From positions 832,001 to 896,000 of the forward strand of contig OY970309.1 in assembly GCA_963716395.1 (NCBI GenBank): 64,000 nt of DNA. The letters run 5' to 3'. Positions 21,201 to 29,201 of this stretch are shown piece by piece. Each line of letters starts with the position of its first letter. Positions within the stretch are counted from its first letter, which is position 1. The notes below the pieces were generated by a model. It searched no databases. It was given only the letters and a program-made list of their open reading frames with translations, and was not told where the DNA came from. A program made the translations under genes and the position numbers. This DNA comes from an uncultured Fibrobacteria bacterium. GTDB taxonomy: Bacteria > Fibrobacterota > Fibrobacteria > UBA11236.

Positions 21201-22766
21201 CCGACTTCGGTGGCTTGGTCGGGAACCGTGAATGGAAGCGTGTCCGGGGGCTACGACGCGAATTTTTGGATGACCTCGCAAACAGTGAATGGCGCGAATG
21301 CCGTTGATTTCTCCTATGACAATGACGGCTTGCTTACCCAAGCGGGGGATCTCGCCCTATCGCGCGATGCACAGAATGGCAGAGAAACAGGAAGCTCCGT
21401 CGGCGCGGTCAGCGATCAGATTGCGTATAATGAATTCGGTGAGTTGAGCGCTTATGAAGCCGACGCCAACGGGAACCCCGTTTATCAATGTGCTTATGGC
21501 CGCGATAAATTGGGACGCATCACCACCGACACCGAAACAGTTCAGGGCGTCACGCACGTTTTCGAATACACATACGACTTGGCAGGCCGGTTGCAGCAGG
21601 TGAAAGAAGATGGCGCTGTGACGGCCACCTATTCGTATGATTCGAACGGCAATCGCCTGACTAAAGTCGATGGTTCGGGGACTACGAATGGAACCTATGA
21701 TGATCAGGACAGGCTGACCCAATATGGCAACGCGACTTATGTCTATAACAACAACGGGGATTTGCAAACCAAAACCGAAACCGGCCAGACGACCACTTAT
21801 AATTACGATGTGTTCGGAAACTTGACCGAGGTACAGTTACCGGGTGGAACCGATATTCAATACGTGATAGACGGACAGAACCGGCGAGTGGGCAAAAAGG
21901 TGAATGGCGTTTTGGTGCAGGAATTTTTATATCAGAACCAATTGAATCCGGTGGCCGAGTTGGATGGGTCGGGGAATGTGGTGGCTAAATTTGTTTACGG
22001 CAGCAAAGGGAATGTGCCGGATTTGATGATCAAGGGTGGAGTGACGTATCGGATTATTTCGGATCATCTTGGCAGCCCGAAACTTGTCATTAATTCCGCT
22101 ACGGGAGCCGTGGTGGAGCAGTTGGATTACGATGAGTTTGGGAATGTGATTGGGGACAGCAACCCCGGATTTCAACCGTTTGGGTTTGCGGGTGGGTTGT
22201 ATGACGAGGATACGAAGTTGGTGCGGTTTGGGGCAAGGGATTATGCCAGTGATATTGGCAGGTGGATTACCAAAGATCCCGCTGGACTCAATTTTGGAAT
22301 GAATCTTTATGCTTATGTTAAGAACAACCCAATGAATCGGATAGATCCTTTAGGCCTGTACGAATGTACTTATTACACTAGTACACATACGATGGTGTGC
22401 ATTTCTGATGACGGAAACAATAATATTTCGAGTAGGAATTGGACTTCAGGGAACAATGGTTCAAATTGTATTACTGGAGACTGTCAGGATAATCCAAATC
22501 ATAGCGATGAATCTTATGCAGGACCTGCACCACAAGGTCATTATACTTTAGGCCCGCCAACAGCGCCTGGTGGCGGAAGGAGGAGGATGACTCCTGACGC
22601 CGGTACAGATATGAAGGGGCGGAGTGGTATTGAGACGCATGGATGCACAAACCCGGCAACTTGTTCGGAAGGATGTTTAGCAGCAAAATCAAATAATACT
22701 AGGGATAATTTTAACAATGCGATGTCTCATGAAGAGGGTCACAATACCGTCACAGTTGTACCTTAA
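15267..22766 (+). CDS. Teneurin-like YD/RHS-repeat polymorphic toxin (~2500 aa) with C-terminal Tlde1/DUF2778-like domain
   Basis: Possible signal peptide, beta-solenoid, Ig-like repeats (PVVxITSP), FN3 (LHWPAP..YLVY..YAFTVAAVD), teneurin-like segments (VLRGVVQDKQGNPIPGV, GWTLDSHHSYD), NHL repeats (GDGGPA), YD repeats, RHS core ([20 protein letters not shown]), toxin tip GPAPQGHY..HG..SEGC; alternative GTG start at 15219. Confidence 0.92.
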   Translation: MRLLPDLRGGFNGRSIIPGVVLITALMARAGLPGCLDGYALYSKAQTVMGDRDSLYSGTIGSNGTVTLGQDAKLMGDVTSHGNILLMDRSTVYGHVTSGGSVTLQSGAQITGNTQQNASVPICNLPQDTFSIGSQDITIYAGVTTDLPPGNYKDVHVYGNGRLKLHSGTYALQSLTTDADGQFEFDPSEGAIEVYTKVNMAFGDRTQFNFTGTASPDKIEFFSRQPSALTVGTDMQFQGTLVAPWAQVHVFSRTTFSGAVYADSLNFEPDVRVHDVPYASLPVVAITSPSNGFLTKQSTIPVAWTINGVSQTSQTTENLTVEGNNEVIRCSDGVCDSITVVRDQTPPVVKITSPANGFYTNQTSVPVAWTVDGVNQTTQTTETLVEGANAITRSATDSAGNTGTAEITVTLDTQPPVVHITSPVDGATLEDGNPIQVEYTVDGQPQAPTPFTLVEGENQIVVTNTDAAGNVGADTIHVTYITNSPTWPTGTQITATDIQASSITLHWPAPPSGHGILHYLVYQGDVLLATLPGNQTDYAATGLLINTHYAFTVAAVDTLNNMSSGGPQGSFTTANQLPPDPATIAPSLPAEQTTSMISEVAFLFQGPNAIQTGVADSAINAVHLAVLRGVVQDKQGNPIPGVTVSLLGHSEFGSTVTRTDGEYDLALNGGGQVTVSFAAQNYLTVERSLHPRWQEFDAVDTVVMVSIDTAVSQISLAPLLPMQVAQGSEVSDSSGVRQATLLFPTNTQATMTLPGGGMQTLSSMHVRATEFTVGPNGQKAMPGNLPPNSAYTYAVEFTVDEAQAASATQVQFSNPVWNYVQNFLNIPVGYDVPSAYFDPHKGQWIPTADGRVIRIAGITNGEADVVVDTDGTIAAAQRLADFGITDEERTKLATLYSPGQTLWRVPVQHFTSYDYNYPPGLPPDAANPNAGDPDHDHSGSCGDGGGQGDDVVSGSDIDCQTQSLGEDVAVPGFPGLHYRSDRVPAPRWNTLQIHVSDASLPASVEFINLHVFVAGRTFTYTFPPQPNIVFPFTWDGMDAYGRHLSGRQPYSYTLDYAYPLAYQTPVYSGSPSCGQSGNLVTPCFSFGLNGLPSITPIQARSIYFMGDSYQGYLGAPEIEDVGRGWTLDSHHSYDPTSGILHLGSGQDRSVQTLLGAIYTVAGVKGTNGYSGDGGPALNAELSNINDMDIGPDGSIYLAERGSDRIRKIDPNGNISTVAQGHEWYTVKAAPDGSLYMGDGGSGVEVWKLSPQGQLSVFAGGGSPDSGYGDGGPATQASLSYPHNVDIGPDGSVYIADLYHNLVRRVTPDGIIHTVAGGGSGYADGLPATSVNISVDWVSVAADGSIYIADAVGGAIRKVNPAGIISTVAGNGTSGTDGDGGPALQAQIVTSRVKVFNTKDGGTRIYFFDELNRTVRFIDENGIVNRLAGGGSDATDDGIPVLAANVSEPRGIAVDPDGNVYLGLFGGQGLVRKIIGQFPAFTDQNLSIPSSDGSEVYLFSPEGRHLKTYNAYTGQELLNFSYDDFGDLTQITDPYGNATSIERDANGAPLALHNAYGQSLRLNTDADGNLTQIALPNNDTHAFTYTDGNLMATYTTPNGQVHTFTYDDEGRLTKDQDPAGGFTTVAKQTMPDQSWVSKLTSALGRIHSYETDFTPDLSKVKVNTDPAGLVTTTETAAAGVVITDNPDSTETRVVLGPNPQLAFQGMVPTVTLTDLPSGLTQRVYENQSATLADPNNFLSLTSFADTNTINGRAFLTRYDNSDREWLATSPEGRSTASIVDQFGKVVERDVPEVDKMNYSYDDRGRLTSMTQGSGGDARVTAFAYDNAGYLAAIQDAENRTFAFTYDGAGRVTQETMPDGRQVNYTYDGDGNVASITPPGKPEHDFTYTPIDLEATYSPPPLGAGLWTTQNGYNLDQQLLDVNRPDNRNIHYNYDTAGRVSSINTPSGDYTFGYNSTTGHLQTLSSPYSETLGYNYDGFLPTSVAWSGTVNGSVSGGYDANFWMTSQTVNGANAVDFSYDNDGLLTQAGDLALSRDAQNGRETGSSVGAVSDQIAYNEFGELSAYEADANGNPVYQCAYGRDKLGRITTDTETVQGVTHVFEYTYDLAGRLQQVKEDGAVTATYSYDSNGNRLTKVDGSGTTNGTYDDQDRLTQYGNATYVYNNNGDLQTKTETGQTTTYNYDVFGNLTEVQLPGGTDIQYVIDGQNRRVGKKVNGVLVQEFLYQNQLNPVAELDGSGNVVAKFVYGSKGNVPDLMIKGGVTYRIISDHLGSPKLVINSATGAVVEQLDYDEFGNVIGDSNPGFQPFGFAGGLYDEDTKLVRFGARDYASDIGRWITKDPAGLNFGMNLYAYVKNNPMNRIDPLGLYECTYYTSTHTMVCISDDGNNNISSRNWTSGNNGSNCITGDCQDNPNHSDESYAGPAPQGHYTLGPPTAPGGGRRRMTPDAGTDMKGRSGIETHGCTNPATCSEGCLAAKSNNTRDNFNNAMSHEEGHNTVTVVP
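20855..20969 (+). repeat. 115-bp block identical to 23523..23637
   Basis: cacctatgacggcgacggcaacg...ccaccgctcggc present in the head gene and in orphan cassette 1. Confidence 0.9.
21690..21973 (+). repeat. 284-bp YD/RHS block repeated near-identically at 24358..24641 and (last 233 bp) at 27278..27510
   Basis: Direct reading; about two substitutions versus the 24.4-kb copy. Confidence 0.92.
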
Positions 22767-22787
22767 AGGAATGCGTATTAATTGATC

Positions 22788-23354
22788 ATGAAATCCAAAA
22801 CACTTTATATAGCTCTCGGGTGGGGTTCAATACTAGCCTGCTCAGCTGGTGCCAATAAGGAAAATGATACTTCAGGTATAAAAATTTGCGAAAGATCAGA
22901 TTGCCTTACCCCGCCCACTATTCTTAGGGAAATAAATATTATGGGACCAAAGCGCGAAGTTGAGCGACTATGGGAAAGTGACTCGTTGTGGCTGATAATA
23001 TTAAAGGCTATTTCAAATGGAAGTGCGGAATGGCTAGATGTAGCAGACGCTTTGAGGCCGGGATCTGATGCTGGTTCTTCCGAGGAGTTATCGTTCGCAA
23101 TTGGAGACGCCTTGGAGTATAATGCGGAAGACATTTTAAAACGCTATGGGATGAATAAAAATGTTTGCGGAGCCCCTGATATCGACGACCCGAAATACAA
23201 CACATATGCGAAAGCGGTTCGAGCAATAAATATCAGAATTCAAAAAATACAAGCCGTAACTGATATTAAGTTAAATGAGTCGAAAGATAGCTGTTTAGGC
23301 TCTTTGAATGAATCGCTTCCGGGACTTCAGCGTTTCTTCGGGGTTAAGAAATAA
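22788..23354 (+). CDS. Putative exported or lipoprotein immunity protein for the head toxin
   Basis: AT-rich ORF directly after the toxin; N-terminal hydrophobic segment ending ILAC. Confidence 0.75.
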   Translation: MKSKTLYIALGWGSILACSAGANKENDTSGIKICERSDCLTPPTILREINIMGPKREVERLWESDSLWLIILKAISNGSAEWLDVADALRPGSDAGSSEELSFAIGDALEYNAEDILKRYGMNKNVCGAPDIDDPKYNTYAKAVRAINIRIQKIQAVTDIKLNESKDSCLGSLNESLPGLQRFFGVKK

Positions 23355-23481
23355 CTGAGGTATCCAGCTGGCCAACAGGTGAATTCACGCGCCGCAACTT
23401 CATTTATCTTCCCTGCGCTTCCGTGAGTTGTTCCCGGCCTAATTGTCGTTATAGCTTGTGTCATAGCTCGTAGATGTCTCG

Positions 23482-25356
23482 ATGACGCAAGGCACGGGTA
23501 GTGACGCCCGCGTCACCTTGTTCACCTATGACGGCGACGGCAACGTGGCCTCGATCACACCGCCGGGAAAACCCGAGCATGATTTCACCTATACCCCCAT
23601 TGACCTCGAAGCAACCTATTCGCCGCCACCGCTCGGCACCGGGCTTTGGGCCACGCAAAATGGCTACAATCTCGATCGCCAATTACTCAATGTGAACCGG
23701 CCCGATAGCCGTGACATTCATTACAACTATGACGACGCGGGCCGGGTGGCCTCGATCACCACCCCCGGCGGCGATTTCACGTTCGGCTATAATTCCATTA
23801 CGGGCCACTTGCAAACCTTGGCCTCGCCTTACGGCGAAAACCTGGCTTACAGTTATGACGGCTTTCTGCCCACGGCCGTTTCCTGGTCGGGCGCCGTCAA
23901 CGGGAGCATGGCAGTGGGATATGACGCAAATTTCTGGGTCACCACGCAAAGCGTGAACGGATCAAACCCGGTGACCTTTAGGTATGACAACGACGGCCTG
24001 CTCACTCAGGCCGGCAGTCTCAACCTGACGCGCGATGTGCATAACGGCCGATTGACCGGAAGTGCCATCGGCGTGGTCAGCGATCAACTGGCTTACAACG
24101 AATTCGGCGAAATGAGTGATTACGAGGCCGATGCCAGCGGGAACCCCGTTTACCAGTACGCTTTTGGTCGCGATAAATTGGGACGTATCACCACCGACAC
24201 CGAAACGGTTCAGGGCGTGACGCATGTAAATACTTACACCTATGATTTAGCGGGAAGGTTGACGCAAGTCAAGCGCGATGGATCGGATTCAACAAGTTAT
24301 TCCTACGACGCCAATGGGAACAGGCTGGCCAAGGTCGATGCTTCCGGAACCACAAACGGAACCTATGATGATCAGGATAGGCTGACCCAATATGGCAACG
24401 CGACTTATGTCTATAACAACAACGGGGATTTGCAAACCAAAACCGAAACCGGCCAGACGACCACTTATAATTACGATGTGTTCGGAAACTTGACCGAGGT
24501 ACAGTTACCGGGTGGAACCGATATTCAATACGTGATAGACGGACAGAACCGGCGAGTGGGCAAAAAGGTGAATGGCGTTTTGGTGCAGAAATTTTTATAT
24601 CAGAACCAATTGAATCCGGTGGCCGAGTTGGATGGGTCGGGCAATGTTGTGGCCCGATTCGTGTATGGATCTAGGTCCAATGTACCCGATCTCATGATCA
24701 AGGGTGGGGTTACGTACCGGATTATTTCGGATCATCTAGGAAGTCCGAGGTTTGTGATTAATACCGCAACAGGAGCCGTAGTACAGCAGATAGATTACGA
24801 CGAATTCGGAAACGTCACCCTCGATAGCAATCCCGGATTTCAGCCGTTTGGTTTCGCAGGTGGGTTGTATGACGAGGATACGAAGTTGGTGCGGTTTGGG
24901 GCAAGGGATTATGCGGCGGAAAGTGGGATGTGGAGCACAAAGGATCCCGTAAAGTTCGCTGGAAAAAGCCCGAACCTTTACACCTATGTTGTCAATGACC
25001 CTATAAATCGCATTGATCCAACCGGCTTGGTTGGCGCGGGATGTAAAGACAATAAGAAATGCATGTCTGATTGCTTAGACAATCAGCGCGCGGATGTGGC
25101 GTTGGCTGGTTTGGCACTCAGTTTGCCGGGCATCTCCATACCCAAGCTTGGTAGGGCTGCTGCCATAAGCGAGGGAATGGGCGGTAGCCCTTGGACTACC
25201 CCCTTAAGCGTCGCCCAGTTCTTTGTACCTGCAATCGGCCCCATGGCTCGTAATCTTGGTCGTGCTTTGAATCCTTATGCGGACTTGGCCGCCGCCTTTT
25301 TTGCAAGCTATCTCGCCACCTCGCTTGCTATCTGTGCGATTCAGTGCTCGGACTGA
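23482..25356 (+). CDS. Orphan RHS cassette 1: truncated YD shell, core and hydrophobic Cys-containing toxin tip
   Basis: Paralogous to the distal part of the head gene; new sequence after DPTG. Confidence 0.85.
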   Translation: MTQGTGSDARVTLFTYDGDGNVASITPPGKPEHDFTYTPIDLEATYSPPPLGTGLWATQNGYNLDRQLLNVNRPDSRDIHYNYDDAGRVASITTPGGDFTFGYNSITGHLQTLASPYGENLAYSYDGFLPTAVSWSGAVNGSMAVGYDANFWVTTQSVNGSNPVTFRYDNDGLLTQAGSLNLTRDVHNGRLTGSAIGVVSDQLAYNEFGEMSDYEADASGNPVYQYAFGRDKLGRITTDTETVQGVTHVNTYTYDLAGRLTQVKRDGSDSTSYSYDANGNRLAKVDASGTTNGTYDDQDRLTQYGNATYVYNNNGDLQTKTETGQTTTYNYDVFGNLTEVQLPGGTDIQYVIDGQNRRVGKKVNGVLVQKFLYQNQLNPVAELDGSGNVVARFVYGSRSNVPDLMIKGGVTYRIISDHLGSPRFVINTATGAVVQQIDYDEFGNVTLDSNPGFQPFGFAGGLYDEDTKLVRFGARDYAAESGMWSTKDPVKFAGKSPNLYTYVVNDPINRIDPTGLVGAGCKDNKKCMSDCLDNQRADVALAGLALSLPGISIPKLGRAAAISEGMGGSPWTTPLSVAQFFVPAIGPMARNLGRALNPYADLAAAFFASYLATSLAICAIQCSD

Positions 25357-25357
25357 A

Positions 25358-25753
25358 ATGTATTTGGCAGCAGTACTGATAGGGATTGTGGCGGTGGTGT
25401 TCGCCTTCAAAGCCGCAACGAGTCGCCCCAAAAATCGTGACGGACATCTGACGTGCGAGGGGATTTTAACCAGGAATGATTTGGATCTTGAGGAAATATT
25501 TTCCAAATCTTTTCCGGGTCGAGATAAAGATCGCCTATTGCACTTATGGACCGCAATCTCCGAGAAGATGGTTATCCCACCCAAAAAACTTCGGGCCGAT
25601 GACCGGGTTGCCGATTTGTGTCCCGGTTCAAAGTGGAGCGCGGTGAACGTAAGAATGGAGGACTTGACCGACTTCGTGATCAAGGAATCCGGTGGACGAG
25701 AAGTTCCGAAGGATATGAAGACGATCAGCGAGGTAGTGAACTTCCTGTTCTGA
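25358..25753 (+). CDS. Putative membrane-anchored immunity protein 1 (ACP-like C-terminal domain)
   Basis: ATG 1 nt after toxin stop; N-terminal TM; [21 protein letters not shown]. Confidence 0.7.
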   Translation: MYLAAVLIGIVAVVFAFKAATSRPKNRDGHLTCEGILTRNDLDLEEIFSKSFPGRDKDRLLHLWTAISEKMVIPPKKLRADDRVADLCPGSKWSAVNVRMEDLTDFVIKESGGREVPKDMKTISEVVNFLF

Positions 25754-25785
25754 TTGTTGGGTTATCTTCCCTGGTTCGCCATGAG

Positions 25786-26637
25786 TTATACCAGAATCAA
25801 CTGAATCCGGTGGCCGAACTCGATGGTGCGGGGAATGTTGTGGCGAGGTTTGTTTATGGCAGCAAGGGGAATGTGCCGGATTTGATGATCAAGGGCGGAT
25901 TGACGTATCGGATTATATCGGATCATTTAGGCAGCCCGAGGTTGGTAGTGAATTCCTCCGACGGCACTGTTGTGCAACGAATGTCATTCGATGAATTCGG
26001 AAATATTCTGGAAGATTCGAACCCTGGGTTCCAGCCCTTTGGATTTGCGGGTGGGTTGTATGATCAGGATACGAAACTGGTGCGGTTTGGGGCGAGGGAT
26101 TATTCTTCAGTAGATGGCCGGTGGACGAGCAAAGATCCAATTCGATTCAGAGGCGGGACAAACATTTACGTTTATGTCGAAAACGATCCGATTAATTTGA
26201 CTGATCCTAATGGTCTAGGTGGCACCGTTCATTACCCATGTTATACAAAGAAAGGGGGATCAAAAGCATGGAGAAATAATAATCCCGGAAATATTAGGGC
26301 CGGTGCAAAGGCAATTAAGCTTGGAGCGGTTGGGCAAAATGGCGGTATGGCGGTCTTCCCCACAATTGAAGCTGGAATAGAAGCGCAAAAGGCCGTATTA
26401 GCTGAAACATATGGAAACATGTCGGTTACCGATATGGTTCAGGATTACGCTCCACCTGTTGAGAATAATACTCAACAATATCTTGACAACTTGGCTTCTT
26501 TCGGTATTGATACGGCTGGAAATGTTGGTGACCAGATTGATGCACTTCAACAAGCTATGGCTCAGGAGGAGGGGTGGAAAACCGGCGATTCAATTCCAGA
26601 GCCTTCTAACGGTAACGATTGTGGGTGCGGACAATGA
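25786..26637 (+). pseudogene. Orphan RHS cassette 2: start-less RHS core plus NNPGN-motif (lysozyme-like) toxin tip
   Basis: Homology begins abruptly at [14 protein letters not shown]; DPNG junction; [20 protein letters not shown]. Confidence 0.8.
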
Positions 26638-27062
26638 AATATATATTCGCAATACTTTTATTTTACATCAATGTGTTATGTACAGAATCATATAGCGTAA
26701 AGCAAAAGATTTGTCTCGAAGGCAAAAACGAAATATTTGTTATTGTCGATTCTTCAGGTGAAAAACCAATTAATGTGAAAGTTCATGGTCTTAAAATTAG
26801 GCATCCAATTCAAGCTATTGATTCTGCATTGGGGGATGAAACGATCGGAGATTCACTTCAATACATACCTAAAGACCAAGCAAGTTGGAATTGGCTATTA
26901 AATTTAAAAAATCAAAATAAAAAAATAAAAATTTGTGGTAACTTAGAAGTCCAAATTACTGCGCATCACTACACTCCTGTACTGATTGTGGTAGATTCGA
27001 TTTTTCTTTTAAAGCCAACTTTTAAAAAAATCTGGCCGACGAAAATAAACTCAAGCCATTGA
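26634..27062 (+). CDS. Putative exported immunity protein 2
   Basis: ATGA overlap with toxin stop; signal-peptide-like [16 protein letters not shown]; very AT-rich. Confidence 0.72.
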   Translation: MKYIFAILLFYINVLCTESYSVKQKICLEGKNEIFVIVDSSGEKPINVKVHGLKIRHPIQAIDSALGDETIGDSLQYIPKDQASWNWLLNLKNQNKKIKICGNLEVQITAHHYTPVLIVVDSIFLLKPTFKKIWPTKINSSH

Positions 27063-27116
27063 CGGCATGAATAAACAACTTGTAGCAAGTTTCGAGGAAT
27101 CAATTTCGAGGTGTTT

Positions 27117-27278
27117 CCTTATGAATCCCCTCATTTCGAATAAGCGCTTGATTTTAAAAGGGTTGCAGGTGTTGCGATATTTGTAACATCTGGTTTTATG
27201 CGGCCTTGCAGGCCGCGCCAAATAAGGATTGGAAGGCGAGGAAACATCTAGGTTACCAAAATGAGGGGATTCATAAGG
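27117..27278. mobile_element. 162-bp MITE-like element or internally deleted IS with perfect 20-bp terminal inverted repeats
   Basis: CCTTATGAATCCCCTCATTT (27117-27136) and AAATGAGGGGATTCATAAGG (27259-27278); no transposase; no evident target-site duplication. Confidence 0.75.
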
Positions 27279-28457
27279 TCTATAACAACAACGGGGATTT
27301 GCAAACCAAAACCGAAACCGGCCAGACGACCACTTATAATTACGATGTGTTCGGAAACTTGACCGAGGTACAGTTACCGGGTGGAACCGATATTCAATAC
27401 GTGATAGACGGACAGAACCGGCGAGTGGGCAAAAAGGTGAATGGCGTTTTGGTGCAGGAATTTTTATATCAGAACCAATTGAATCCGGTGGCCGAGTTGG
27501 ATGGGTCGGGCAATGTTGTGGCCCGATTCGTGTATGGATCCAGGTCCAATGTACCCGATCTCATGATCAAGGGTGGGGTTACGTACCGGATTATTTCGGA
27601 TCATCTAGGAAGTCCGAGGTTTGTGATTAATACCGCAACAGGAGCCGTAGTACAGCAGATAGATTACGACGAATTCGGAAACGTCACCCTCGATAGCAAT
27701 CCCGGATTTCAGCCGTTTGGTTTCGCAGGTGGGTTGTATGACGAGGATACGAAGTTGGTGCGGTTTGGGGCAAGGGATTATGCCAGTGATATTGGCAGGT
27801 GGATTACTAGAGATCCGATTGGGTTCGCTGGAGGGTCGAATCTTTATCGATACTGTATGAATGAACCAGTAAATGTACTTGACCCAACTGGCTTACTTGT
27901 GGTATTTGCCGGGCCGAACTTTAATGCGGCTGCGGGACCATCCGGAGTTGCAGGCGGATCGGGCCCGTACTGGGATTTTTCAAATGGTTCTGGTGGAACG
28001 TATGACTACTCAGGGAAATCTACTGGTGCTAATGTAAGCGCGGGATGGGAGTTTGGGATAGGTAGAGGTTCCGCAAATGATTTTGCAGGAGACTTTAACA
28101 ATATATCCTTCTCTGGATTTGGAATTGAAGTTTCTGCTCATTTTGACAGTGATGGTAATTTTTGGGGATTCAGTGCGGGACCGAGTGAGGGTTTTGGGGT
28201 ATCCGGTTCTCAAACGAATACCGAAACTTCCTCACCTAACAGGGTGTTGAAAAAGGATTTTTGGCACCCTGAAAATGATCTCCCAGTATCGAATTCATTC
28301 AGATTTCAAAGATCGTGGGTAACATACATGGTACATAAATCGACTTTTTCAACACCCTGCTAATGCAAATGGAAAACAATCCGAAAGTACTAGTAGTAAT
28401 GGTGGAAATAATGGTGGTGATAATACTAATGGAAACAAAGGTACCAATTGTAACTAA
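27278..28457 (+). pseudogene. Orphan RHS cassette 3: start-less core plus Gly-rich toxin tip, probably frameshifted near its end
   Basis: RHS homology starts at the MITE end; DPTG junction; ORF stops at 28363 but another frame continues to TAA 28457. Confidence 0.72.
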
Positions 28458-28468
28458 AAAGGTCACTC

Positions 28469-28714
28469 ATGCGCGTAAGAATAAAATATTGGTTTGGAAT
28501 AATGGGTTTTACCGTAGTGTCCCTATTGACCGGGCTAGTTGCTTTGCGTTTTCAGCCGCTACTATTTTTGGTATTAGTTTGGATTGGGTGTTGGATTCTT
28601 TTTGTATTGGAGTTGAAATGCCCTTCATGCAAAAAGCCTGCAATTCCTAGGTGGCGAATATGGTTTCATGCAATTCCACCGAAAAAGTGCAGTAGTTGTG
28701 GATTTAAGTTCTAG
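28469..28714 (+). CDS. Putative immunity protein 3 (two TM helices plus CxxC..CxxC zinc ribbon)
   Basis: 81 aa; CPSC and CSSC; AAAGG upstream. Confidence 0.7.
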   Translation: MRVRIKYWFGIMGFTVVSLLTGLVALRFQPLLFLVLVWIGCWILFVLELKCPSCKKPAIPRWRIWFHAIPPKKCSSCGFKF

Positions 28715-28724
28715 CCGGTATTCG

Positions 28725-29201
28725 AGTAGAAATCCAATTCAGTTTTGGGGAGGGTTGAATTTATACGAATACGCGTGTGGGAACCCAGTCATCTATATCG
28801 ATCCTTTTGGCCTTTGCTGGATTTACAGACAATCGACGGAAAAATTGACGCTTGTCGACAACGAAGGCTCCGCATACGTCGGGACTGGTTATGCCGGCTA
28901 CGGGATGGGTCTTAATAACCCGTCGATGCAGAATATTCCGGATACCAGCCCTTTGTCACACGGGCAATATACGATCGGCCCCCAGCACACAAATACCACT
29001 CAAGCAGGTGTAACCTTTCCAGGCTCTATGCGACTGACTCCGAATCCGAATAATCAAATGTATGAACGTGATGGTTTCTTGATTCACGGACCACATGCTA
29101 ACGACAAACACAATTCTTCCGAAGGCTTTCCCGTTTTCAACAAGAATGTTCGAATTTGAATCTGTAATAGTGGAGACAACTGCTTCAAGGTCGTGCCATG
29201 A
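28725..29201 (+). pseudogene. Orphan cassette 4: degenerate Tlde1/DUF2778-like toxin tip
   Basis: RHS end remnant NLYEYACGNP..IDPFG; GFLIHG..SEGF (Cys replaced by Phe); premature TGA 29157-29159, read-through ends KVVP* at 29201. Confidence 0.8.

Noticed and set aside
25618-25785. Apparent N-terminus of orphan 2 ORF
   Set aside because: Overlaps the upstream immunity gene and has no RHS similarity
27206-27277. Apparent N-terminus of orphan 3 ORF
   Set aside because: Derives from the MITE-like element, not RHS sequence
21690-27810. Repeats as a diversity-generating retroelement template/variable pair or CRISPR array
   Set aside because: No reverse transcriptase or cas genes, no adenine-specific mismatch pattern; repeats are coding RHS core blocks
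28363-28650. 95-aa ORF MQMENNPK..
   Set aside because: Off-frame reading across the probable frameshifted toxin tail and the immunity gene
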